From the NCBI GenBank assembly GCA_026129095.1, contig JAHCIT010000008.1, positions 133,021-197,020 on the forward strand: 64,000 bases of DNA, written 5' to 3'. A model generated the notes under the pieces. It did no database searches. It had not been told where the DNA came from and saw only the letters and a list, made by a program, of their open reading frames with translations. The position numbers and the translations under genes were made by a program. Source of the DNA: Deltaproteobacteria bacterium. GTDB lineage: Bacteria > JAGRBM01 > JAHCIT01. Shown in pieces: positions 8,725-17,146 of the stretch. Each line of letters starts with the position of its first letter. The first letter of the stretch is position 1.

Positions 8725-11700
8725 ATGGGTTTCATGGGCAGTTTCCTGCTGAAGCATATGGGGGCCCCCGTCGCCCTTCTTTTTTTGCTTCTTCCCGCCT
8801 GCGCGGAGAAGCCTGTCCAGACCACTTCCGAGTTTGCGGTCCCGGCTATTTCCGCCGGGGCTGAACCTCCCAGGATTACCCTTCTTGCCCCAACGGGCGA
8901 GGGCTTGCTCGACGTCGGCACCCTGACTGTGGCCGGTGTGGTATCCAGACCGGCATCAAAGATAACCGTCACCGCCGGAGACGTGTCGACTCCGGCACGA
9001 ACCTGGCCGGACGGCCGGTTCGTCGCATCCTTTCCGGTTCCCGCCGGTGACCTGAAGATATTCGTCAGGGCATTACTGAAAGACGGACAAACGGCTGAGC
9101 GTGAACTGTCTGTCCGGAATATCCCCGCTGACCGGGCCATCCTCGCGGACATTTCCGATGAGCCAATCCTTACCGGCAATGCCATGCAGGAACTGAGGGG
9201 GACGGTGGCCGAGGGCGTCCGGGCACTCGTGCTGAATGGCGATCCGGTCCCGATGGATGGAAGCCGGTTCAGCCGTACTGTGGTCCTGCCGGGTGACGGC
9301 CCTCAGACAATCCGGCTTGAGGCCCTGACAACGTCCGGCCTCACGTACGAAAAAAATGCCGTATTCATCCTGGACCGTACCCCGCCGTTTTTGACGGTTT
9401 CAGGGCTGCCGGGACGCACGAACCAGGCCGAAGTAATGGTCAGCATCGAGGCGTCCGAACCGCTGGAGAGGGTGGAACTGATTGGCCAGACCATCTCGCC
9501 CGTCGAGAACGGCCGCTATCAGTCGGCCATCTCCCTTATTCCGGGCCGGAACGAAATAACCATCCTTGCCGCCGATCCAGCGGGGAACATCACCCGGCTC
9601 GACTGGACCACGGTCCGCGACAGCGAGCCGCCGGCATTTTCCTGCCAGCCGTCCGGTCCGGTGAAAAACGATCCCGTGGAAGTGGTCTGCACGGCCAATG
9701 AACCGCTGCTCGGGGCCGTGATCGGCAAGAGTCCCGCTGTCATCCGCGACGGCCACACCGCCGCAGTCCTGCTCGCAGGAATTACCGAAGGCGAACAGTC
9801 GATTCCTGTCCGGCTCGCTGACCTTGCAGGCAATGAGGCCACAGGTGTGGCAAGATTCACGATAGACCGAATAGCCCCGGCCCTCACGATCCTGGAACCT
9901 GCAAATGGCCGTACGCCCCTTCCCTCGTTCCGGATCACCGGGACGGTGGAACCCGGCAGCACGGTCCGCATTGGCGGCAATCCGGTGCAATCACTCCTGG
10001 GGCTGTTCAGCGCCGATTTCGTCCGGGCCGAGGGCCGCCATGATTTTGAAATCACGGCTGATGATGCCGCCGGGAACCGGGCGTCGCTCCGGCAGAAGAT
10101 CGATGTCCGGGACGATCCGAAGCGGTTCCTGCGCGCCACCGGAGAAACGCGGGGCAAGGCAACTTCCGACTCTCCCCTGTCGGCGACACTCGCCCAACCC
10201 CTCGAAGGCCGCGCCTACGGCGCTGAGGTGCCCATCAGCCTGAATGGTCTCCGGGGGAAGTCGCTTTCCGTTCTCCTGAATGGCGAACCGCTGCTAACCG
10301 AAGCCATGCTTCCCGCACCGTCTGGCAATCCGGCCAACGCGCAGGCTCTGGCAGATATCCTGCCGTCCGCGAAACTCCATGAGGGCGGAAACCATCTCGC
10401 CATCACTGTCACCAGCGCCACCGGCCACCAGATGCAGATCACCCGGAACTTCACTGTGGACCGGCAGCCGCCGCAGGTGGCGATCATCAATCCCCTCGAT
10501 GGAGAACTGGTGCAGTCGGTTACGCCAGTGGCGTCAGTAAACGATGTCTCCAGCTTCAGGACCGAATGGACACTCGACGGCAAGCCCCTTGCCGCCGAAA
10601 AACCGGTAGCAGTCCGGGCACACGGCCGCGGTTCCAGGGTTCTCTGTCTTCGTGCCGTTGATGCCGCCGGAAACATCGCCTCGACATGCCGGACTGTCAT
10701 TCTCCACGACGCGCCGCCGCTTGGGCGCCGGGGCTCCACCGATCCCCGCCCTGCCGCTACTGCCCCGATCCGCCGCGATCTCATCCAGCCGATGCTGGCC
10801 GACCTCGTGGCGACCGGCCTGCTGGCCGACATCCTGCTTGGCAACCTGACGCTGCTCGGGGACGCCGCCGGTACTTTCTATCCCGACCTGTCGGGTGATC
10901 TCGATGAACTGGCGCAGGTGCTGGCCGAGCAGGCCCGGTCGGGGGAGCTCGCCGCCGTACTCCGGTCCCTGACAGTTTTCCGCAAACGGGGCTGGTGGGA
11001 AGATGCCGAAGCCTTGCTTGCCGGCCTGACCCGGCCACCATCAGGCCCGGCGGACAAGACCCTCCGGGGCAGGCGGGTTCCCCTGGCGGACGCGACCTTT
11101 GCCCTCGACGGCTTCCTGCCGCAATCTGCCGTGCAGTTTGCAGCACTGGACCGGCTGGTGGCCGTCGACCTCGGCCGTGGGCGCACGGCCCTGGATCTGC
11201 CCTCGGCAGCGATCGAAATACTCACCCGGCTGGACAGTGCCGCCTGGTCAGGACTCTGGACCCAGACCAGGGCCGGAACTGAAGGGGAGCTGGCCTCCGC
11301 CTTCGACCGGCTGGGACAGGTAATGGCGAAACCGGAACCGGATGGCGTCACCCCGTTCGACCGGCTGGAACCAGTTTACCGGAATCTACTCGGGACTGGC
11401 CGGGATGCGCCGCTGGGGCTCCTCTTTGACACCTATCTGGAAGCAGTCGCGAAACTCCCCGATACGCGGGACCGGGAGACGTTCCGGTTGCTCGCCGGGG
11501 TTCTACTCGAGGTGCTGCTTGATCCGCGAACCGCCCGCGCCTTCGGACGCATTCTGGATACCCCCTACCTTGAGGCCAATGCCGAATGGCTCCGTGAAAC
11601 CATCGACCGTGGCGACCTTATCCACCTGCTCCGGGTTCTCTCCAAAGCCTCTCTCGAATCCGACCCACGGAATCCCACGGCACCGGTACTGGCCGCGACA

Positions 11701-13395
11701 GTCCGGCTGCTCCAGATGCTCTGGGAAACCGACCGGCGCAACCGTTCGCGCACCTATGCCGAAAGCATGGCCATCGCCATCGGCGAACTGTTGCAGGCAG
11801 GAAGCGACGGCACCTCCTCCATCGCCGACTTCGTGAACTACCTCGGCACGATCAGCGATAACGACCGCCAGCAGCTTGGCCGCATCTTCTGGCAAAGCTC
11901 GAAGAAGAACGAACGGCCTGCCGATCCGTTCCCTGCAAACGGACCCACCGATGCCGAACGGCTCATGCGGCTTTTCGCCGTGGCAAACTCCCCGCTCAAC
12001 TGCGGGGCTCCCATCCCGTTCACCAGCCAGGTGGTCCCGCTGAACGTGCCGGGGCTGCCGCAGCTCTTCCCGACCGACAACTTCATTACCGAACTGTTCG
12101 AGGCGAGCACCTATTTCAAGCCCGACACAGTAATCCAGCTGGCCAGGCTGATGCCGAAGTTCATCCATGTGCTGCGGACAGGCGACAACTTCTGCGAACC
12201 GGAGATCGTCAAGGAACTGCTGTCCGACACCGACGTGATCGAGGCAAGCATCGCCCATCCGCTGCTGCCCGACCTGCTGCGTCTTGGCCGCCAGATGGTG
12301 CTCAGGCGTCAGCACCATGCGGCAATCCGGCTGCTGACCATCTTCTCAGACTCTGGTGTGGTCCCGCATGGAATCCCGCTCCTCGCCACCTTGTACAAGA
12401 CGGACGGGGCTGAGCAGTTATACCAGTTCGTCGAACGGCAGAAATCGTGGGAACTCCGCAATAGGAACCAGCTGACGGCCTTCGAGCATTCGCTCAGGTC
12501 CGGCGCAGTCCTCCTGGCACCGGACCGGGATCATGTGGTGCCGGGTGCCGAGCTCGCCGGGCGCCTGCACCCGTTCTTCCGGAAGGACCGGCTGATCCAC
12601 CTCGAGCGGGCATTCTCGCACGTGGGCCGACGCCTCGTTTCCGGGGAACAGGCGCCGGGACTGGGGCGCATGGACCTGGTGGCCTCCCGCTGGATTGCGG
12701 CCGATCCCGATGGACACGGGATTCGCCAGCTCCGGGATTTTCTGGATGGAAGCCCGGAGAACGGCGACCTTGTGGCGGTGCTGGCGGCACTGCCTCCAGC
12801 ATCCGGTCAGCCTTCGGTGATTGCGGCGAGTCTGCCCGGCCTCGCCGTGAATATGGATGAAGCTGGACTGGTGGATGCCGGGCTCAACCTCGGACGCCGT
12901 TTTTTCACGATCAACCGCCAGACCGGTGCCTCCCTTTCGTGGACATTCCATAAACTGTTTTATCCGCGTCCCGATACCGGCCAGACGCCCTTTTCCCATA
13001 CGATGCCGGCTTTCTCCGCACTGTCCGGGCACATGACGCCGCGGCAGGCTGTCTGGAAGGCATGGGCCGGAAGTGGAACTGCCCGGCCGCTCGAACCACT
13101 CCTTAAATCCGTCCGACACTGGACTCGCGCCCGCGAATCCGGTCCACCGCATGCTCTCCGGGTACGAACGCTGCTAACCCGCCTCACCCGGCTTCCCGCC
13201 CCAGAAGGCCGGGGACTGCTGGTTGACCGTGCTGCCGAACTGGCAGGAAAATCCCGCGAGAACGGTTTTGCACGGACCCTGATTGAAACCCTCGAAATGC
13301 TGGAAGTCCGGGGGTACCTCGATACCCGCAATCCGTCCATTATGGACTGGGCTGCCAGCCGGTTACATAACCGTGATTTGGACGACGGCTTATAA
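8725..13395 (+). CDS. Very large lipoprotein: N-terminal tandem Ig-like repeats plus ~880-aa helical C-terminal region
   Basis: Lipobox-like LLPAC; repeated A-x-D-x-A-G-N and D-x-x-P-P Ig signatures; Leu/Ala-rich C-terminus; exact start uncertain. Confidence 0.75.
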   Translation: MGFMGSFLLKHMGAPVALLFLLLPACAEKPVQTTSEFAVPAISAGAEPPRITLLAPTGEGLLDVGTLTVAGVVSRPASKITVTAGDVSTPARTWPDGRFVASFPVPAGDLKIFVRALLKDGQTAERELSVRNIPADRAILADISDEPILTGNAMQELRGTVAEGVRALVLNGDPVPMDGSRFSRTVVLPGDGPQTIRLEALTTSGLTYEKNAVFILDRTPPFLTVSGLPGRTNQAEVMVSIEASEPLERVELIGQTISPVENGRYQSAISLIPGRNEITILAADPAGNITRLDWTTVRDSEPPAFSCQPSGPVKNDPVEVVCTANEPLLGAVIGKSPAVIRDGHTAAVLLAGITEGEQSIPVRLADLAGNEATGVARFTIDRIAPALTILEPANGRTPLPSFRITGTVEPGSTVRIGGNPVQSLLGLFSADFVRAEGRHDFEITADDAAGNRASLRQKIDVRDDPKRFLRATGETRGKATSDSPLSATLAQPLEGRAYGAEVPISLNGLRGKSLSVLLNGEPLLTEAMLPAPSGNPANAQALADILPSAKLHEGGNHLAITVTSATGHQMQITRNFTVDRQPPQVAIINPLDGELVQSVTPVASVNDVSSFRTEWTLDGKPLAAEKPVAVRAHGRGSRVLCLRAVDAAGNIASTCRTVILHDAPPLGRRGSTDPRPAATAPIRRDLIQPMLADLVATGLLADILLGNLTLLGDAAGTFYPDLSGDLDELAQVLAEQARSGELAAVLRSLTVFRKRGWWEDAEALLAGLTRPPSGPADKTLRGRRVPLADATFALDGFLPQSAVQFAALDRLVAVDLGRGRTALDLPSAAIEILTRLDSAAWSGLWTQTRAGTEGELASAFDRLGQVMAKPEPDGVTPFDRLEPVYRNLLGTGRDAPLGLLFDTYLEAVAKLPDTRDRETFRLLAGVLLEVLLDPRTARAFGRILDTPYLEANAEWLRETIDRGDLIHLLRVLSKASLESDPRNPTAPVLAATVRLLQMLWETDRRNRSRTYAESMAIAIGELLQAGSDGTSSIADFVNYLGTISDNDRQQLGRIFWQSSKKNERPADPFPANGPTDAERLMRLFAVANSPLNCGAPIPFTSQVVPLNVPGLPQLFPTDNFITELFEASTYFKPDTVIQLARLMPKFIHVLRTGDNFCEPEIVKELLSDTDVIEASIAHPLLPDLLRLGRQMVLRRQHHAAIRLLTIFSDSGVVPHGIPLLATLYKTDGAEQLYQFVERQKSWELRNRNQLTAFEHSLRSGAVLLAPDRDHVVPGAELAGRLHPFFRKDRLIHLERAFSHVGRRLVSGEQAPGLGRMDLVASRWIAADPDGHGIRQLRDFLDGSPENGDLVAVLAALPPASGQPSVIAASLPGLAVNMDEAGLVDAGLNLGRRFFTINRQTGASLSWTFHKLFYPRPDTGQTPFSHTMPAFSALSGHMTPRQAVWKAWAGSGTARPLEPLLKSVRHWTRARESGPPHALRVRTLLTRLTRLPAPEGRGLLVDRAAELAGKSRENGFARTLIETLEMLEVRGYLDTRNPSIMDWAASRLHNRDLDDGL

Positions 13396-13441
13396 AATTA
13401 CCCTCTCCCTTTAGGCCAAGGAAACATTAGACTTCATCCCC

Positions 13442-14353
13442 ATGTTCCGCTGGAGTGGACTCATAGCCGGATCGGCAGTGCTGTTCGCGGGTTTCGTGGT
13501 GCTGTGGTTTACCAGCTACACGTTCGCCCCGCCCGCGGCCATCGTGGGCGGCGTCGAGCCCGGGAGCCCCGCCGCACAGGCGGGGCTGATATCCGGCGAC
13601 GCCATCGCGGCAGTCAACGGCCGGGAGATTTCCAACTTCACGGAGTTCCTGGAGATAGCCGGTTCGGCCCAGGTGGGCGAACCGCTTTATCTGACCCTGT
13701 ACCGGGAGGGCACCGCACTCGACCGGCGTACCCTGATCCGCCCCGCCCCGCTCCCGCACGAAGACCCGGACAGCCTGTACTGGACCGGCATCGATCCACC
13801 CCACCGGGCCGTCATTGGCGCCATCGCGCCGCGGAATCCCGCCGATCTGGCGGGGCTGCTGCCGGGCGATGTCATTCTCTCCGCCGGTGGTGAACCGGTC
13901 GATTTTTTCTCCCAGCTCGCACAGATCACAGCCGCCGCCAGCGGGCCCATTGACCTGAAGGTCCGGCGGGTGGGCCGCGAATTCACCGTTACCGTCACGC
14001 CGATGGATGTCGAACTGAAAACCGCCGCGGGTGAGCCGTTCCTGGACCGGAACGGACAGCCCATCCGGAAGAAGATCATTGGCGTGGCGCTGGATCCGTC
14101 CCGTTACCTGTATTCGCCGGTCACACGGTTCTCGTCCGCGGCTGAAGCGATATCGAGCACCATCAGGGCGCCACGCCACACCATCACTGCCCTGACCCTG
14201 CTGGCGGGTGGAATCTCCGGCGACCCCCTCCAGGACCGTACCGCCGCGCTGTTCCGTTCCATCGGAACGCTGGTCGCCTGTCTCGGGTGGCTGACGCTTG
14301 CAGCCGGGGTTGGCATCGTGTTCTGGCTGAAACCGGAGAAACCGGCCAGCTAA
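13442..14353 (+). CDS. Tandem-PDZ membrane protein, RseP-like but lacking protease motifs
   Basis: GGVEPGSPAAQAGLISGD and NPADLAGLLPGD PDZ signatures; N- and C-terminal TMs; no HEXXH or LDG motif. Confidence 0.8.
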   Translation: MFRWSGLIAGSAVLFAGFVVLWFTSYTFAPPAAIVGGVEPGSPAAQAGLISGDAIAAVNGREISNFTEFLEIAGSAQVGEPLYLTLYREGTALDRRTLIRPAPLPHEDPDSLYWTGIDPPHRAVIGAIAPRNPADLAGLLPGDVILSAGGEPVDFFSQLAQITAAASGPIDLKVRRVGREFTVTVTPMDVELKTAAGEPFLDRNGQPIRKKIIGVALDPSRYLYSPVTRFSSAAEAISSTIRAPRHTITALTLLAGGISGDPLQDRTAALFRSIGTLVACLGWLTLAAGVGIVFWLKPEKPAS

Positions 14354-14461
14354 CTGCCCAACAACCCGGCTGTTTTCGCCCTGAATTGAGCAATTTTCAT
14401 GGATCAGGGCCGCTTGTTGGCCTTGGACGCCGCTGGAGCCGTGGCTAGACTCGTTTCCAGC

Positions 14462-15859
14462 ATGAGTTTCTTCTTTATATTGATAGGCATACTGGCGATC
14501 GGTTTCCTGATCTTCGTTCATGAACTCGGCCATTTCCTCGCGGCCAAGTGGTGCGGCGTAAAGGTTGAGCGGTTCGCCATCGGCTTCGGCCCGAAACTGG
14601 CCGGGTTCAACTGGGGCGAAACCGAGTACGCCCTGTGCGCCATCCCGCTCGGCGGATACGTGAAGATGCACGGCGACGCCTACGAGGAGTTCGAGGGCAA
14701 GGAGGCCAAGGGCCTCGAAAACATGGGGTACGGGAAGGACGAAAAGCCGGAAAGTTCCGAACCGGAAGCCCCGCCGCCGCCGCCCGTGGACCCCAGCCGC
14801 AGTTTTCTCAAGAAGTCGATTCCCCAGCGGATCCTCATTGCGCTGGCGGGCCCCGCTTTCAATATCGGCTTCGCACTGCTCCTTTTCGTCGGCTACCACA
14901 TGGCAACGCCCCTGCCCGAGCCGGTAGCGGGCGGTGTTGCTACCGGCTCGCCGGCCGAACTGGCCGGCATCCAGGCTGGCGACCGGATTGTCAGGATCGA
15001 CGGCAGCACGCCACGCAATTACGAGGAAGTGCTCCTTTACGCCGAACGGGCGGTGACCGGCCCCGTGCCACTAACGATTCAACGTGGCGAAAATACCTTT
15101 GATGCCGTTGTCCAGAAACCCCAGATCGCTCCGGCTGACGACATGGGCCAGTTCAGCTGGCTGGGGATTTACCAGCCGTTCGAGGCGCGTATCGGCCGGT
15201 TCTCGGCTGAGTCCGCCGCACAGGCCGCCGGGTTCAAGGTGGACGACGAGGTGATCGCCATTGACGGCCAGCCAGTTCACTACTTTTTCCAGATGGCCAC
15301 CATCGTACGCGGATCGGGCGGGCGCGAACTCAATTTCACCATCCGGCGGGGCAATGAGACACTTCAGATCGCCGTGAGCCCCAGGGCGGTCAGCGAGAAC
15401 GGCCCCTTCCTCATCGGCGTCGAGCCCAACGTGAGCCGCTATACCCGCGGCGCACCGATGTCCTTCGACTCTGCCGTAAGGTCGTCCGTCCAGCAGACCC
15501 TGTACCTGTCGGCCATGATCCCCCGCGTGTTCTACCAGATGATCACGCAGCAGCGCTCGGCCAAGGAACTGGGCGGGCCGATCGAGATCGTCAAACAGAT
15601 CGGGCATCAGGCCGAGCAGAGTCTCGCGCAGGTTGTGCGTCTTGTGGCTCTCATCAGCGTCAACCTCGGAATCGTCAACCTGTTCCCCATCCCCGTGCTC
15701 GACGGCGGACATATCGTCATGTTCCTCATGGAGGCAGTGAACCGCAAACCGGTCAGCCTCCGTGTGCGCGAAGTCATGCAGGGGTTCGGGCTCGTGTTCA
15801 TCCTGGGCCTGATGGTGATCGCCCTCTACAACGACATCGTACGGAACTTCGTCAACTGA
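14462..15859 (+). CDS. rseP: RIP metalloprotease RseP (M50, two PDZ domains)
   Basis: IFVHELGHF, FAIGFGP, IPLGGYVKM, LAGPAFN, NLFPIPVLDGGH. Confidence 0.96.
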   Translation: MSFFFILIGILAIGFLIFVHELGHFLAAKWCGVKVERFAIGFGPKLAGFNWGETEYALCAIPLGGYVKMHGDAYEEFEGKEAKGLENMGYGKDEKPESSEPEAPPPPPVDPSRSFLKKSIPQRILIALAGPAFNIGFALLLFVGYHMATPLPEPVAGGVATGSPAELAGIQAGDRIVRIDGSTPRNYEEVLLYAERAVTGPVPLTIQRGENTFDAVVQKPQIAPADDMGQFSWLGIYQPFEARIGRFSAESAAQAAGFKVDDEVIAIDGQPVHYFFQMATIVRGSGGRELNFTIRRGNETLQIAVSPRAVSENGPFLIGVEPNVSRYTRGAPMSFDSAVRSSVQQTLYLSAMIPRVFYQMITQQRSAKELGGPIEIVKQIGHQAEQSLAQVVRLVALISVNLGIVNLFPIPVLDGGHIVMFLMEAVNRKPVSLRVREVMQGFGLVFILGLMVIALYNDIVRNFVN

Positions 15860-16506
15860 AAACGCTTGTCTTCGACACCTCTGGACGGACCTTCAGCGCG
15901 GCGCTGGCCGACGGCCCTCAAATCGTAGCCCGGTATGCGGAGCGCGAACCGGGCCAGGTGTCCGAGCGGCTGCTCCCCATCGTCGACCGGCTTCTTGATG
16001 GGGCTGGATGGAAAAAAACGGACCTGGAAGCCGTGGGGTTCGTGGACGGGCCAGGCAGCTTCACTGGGCTCCGGATCGGACTGTCCACGGCCTTGGGACT
16101 TCAGGCCGGGCTCGGCCTGAAACTCGCGGCTGCCGGAACATTCGAGTCGCTGGCCGAAACCGCTTCCGGCCAGGGGAAACCGGTAATCTGTCTTGAAGAT
16201 GCCCGTATCGGCCAGTTCTATGCGGCCCTCTATGATGCCGCCGGAACGCCAGACTCCCGGTTGCCCGAGGGCGCCTATCCGGAAGCAACAGTCCGGCGGT
16301 TCATCGCGCCGGATGTGCTGCGTGCCGGGCGGGGCTGGAACTCCCGCAACGGTGCCGTGTTTGGCCCGCTGCCCGCAGATATTGACGCCCCCGGCATCGC
16401 CGCCATTGCGCGGATCATTCACCGGAAGGCCGGGGCCGGAGCGTGGTCCGGGCCGGACAGTGTGAGGCCCCGTTATCTCGGCATCTCGCCGGTAGAGGCA
16501 AAATAG
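15856..16506 (+). CDS. tsaB: tRNA threonylcarbamoyladenosine biosynthesis protein TsaB (probable CTG start)
   Basis: GPGSFTGLRIG, EDARIGQFY, C-terminal PRYL; conserved N-terminus (L)KTLVFDTS begins at CTG 15856, overlapping the rseP stop. Confidence 0.88.
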   Translation: MKTLVFDTSGRTFSAALADGPQIVARYAEREPGQVSERLLPIVDRLLDGAGWKKTDLEAVGFVDGPGSFTGLRIGLSTALGLQAGLGLKLAAAGTFESLAETASGQGKPVICLEDARIGQFYAALYDAAGTPDSRLPEGAYPEATVRRFIAPDVLRAGRGWNSRNGAVFGPLPADIDAPGIAAIARIIHRKAGAGAWSGPDSVRPRYLGISPVEAK

Positions 16507-16508
16507 TC

Positions 16509-17132
16509 ATGCCCTCCAGCTCCAGAACATCCCCATCGCAAAAGCCGGGAAGGCGGATTGCACTGTTTGGCGGCAGCTTTGATCCGCCGCACTTTGCGCA
16601 TGTCCTGGCCGTGGCCCATCTGGCCGCAGGACCGTTCGACGAGGTGTGGGTGATCCCCTGTGCAGGCCATCCGTTTGGAAAACAGCTTGCTCCCTTCGCG
16701 GACCGGATGGCCATGTGCCGTGCGGCATTCGGATTCATGCGTAATGTCAGGGTGATTCCCATCGAAGACCGCCTCCCCAAGCCAACGTTGACCCTGAATA
16801 CCCTTCGGGAGCTGAAACGCCTCCATCCCCATGTGAACTTCACGCTCGCCTTCGGAGCGGACGTGATCGCCCAACGCCGCCGCTGGCACCGGTTCGACCG
16901 TATTGAGAAAGAAGCCGAGGTCGTGTTTTTCCGGCGCCCAGGCTTCGGTGGCGGCAAGGGCATCAGTTGGATCAGCAGCGTGGAGTTCGGGGATATCTCC
17001 TCCACGAAGATACGCCGGGCGCTCGCCACTGGCAGGAATGCCAGCCACCTGGTACCTGCCCGGGTGCTGGAAGAAATCGGTCGCCGCGGGCTTTATCGGG
17101 TTCGACGAAACCGGACGAAAAGGCCACACTAA
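16509..17132 (+). CDS. nadD: Nicotinate-nucleotide adenylyltransferase
   Basis: IALFGGSFDPPHFAH, FGAD, ISSTKIR. Confidence 0.92.
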   Translation: MPSSSRTSPSQKPGRRIALFGGSFDPPHFAHVLAVAHLAAGPFDEVWVIPCAGHPFGKQLAPFADRMAMCRAAFGFMRNVRVIPIEDRLPKPTLTLNTLRELKRLHPHVNFTLAFGADVIAQRRRWHRFDRIEKEAEVVFFRRPGFGGGKGISWISSVEFGDISSTKIRRALATGRNASHLVPARVLEEIGRRGLYRVRRNRTKRPH

Positions 17133-17146
17133 CACTAGAAGACGAT

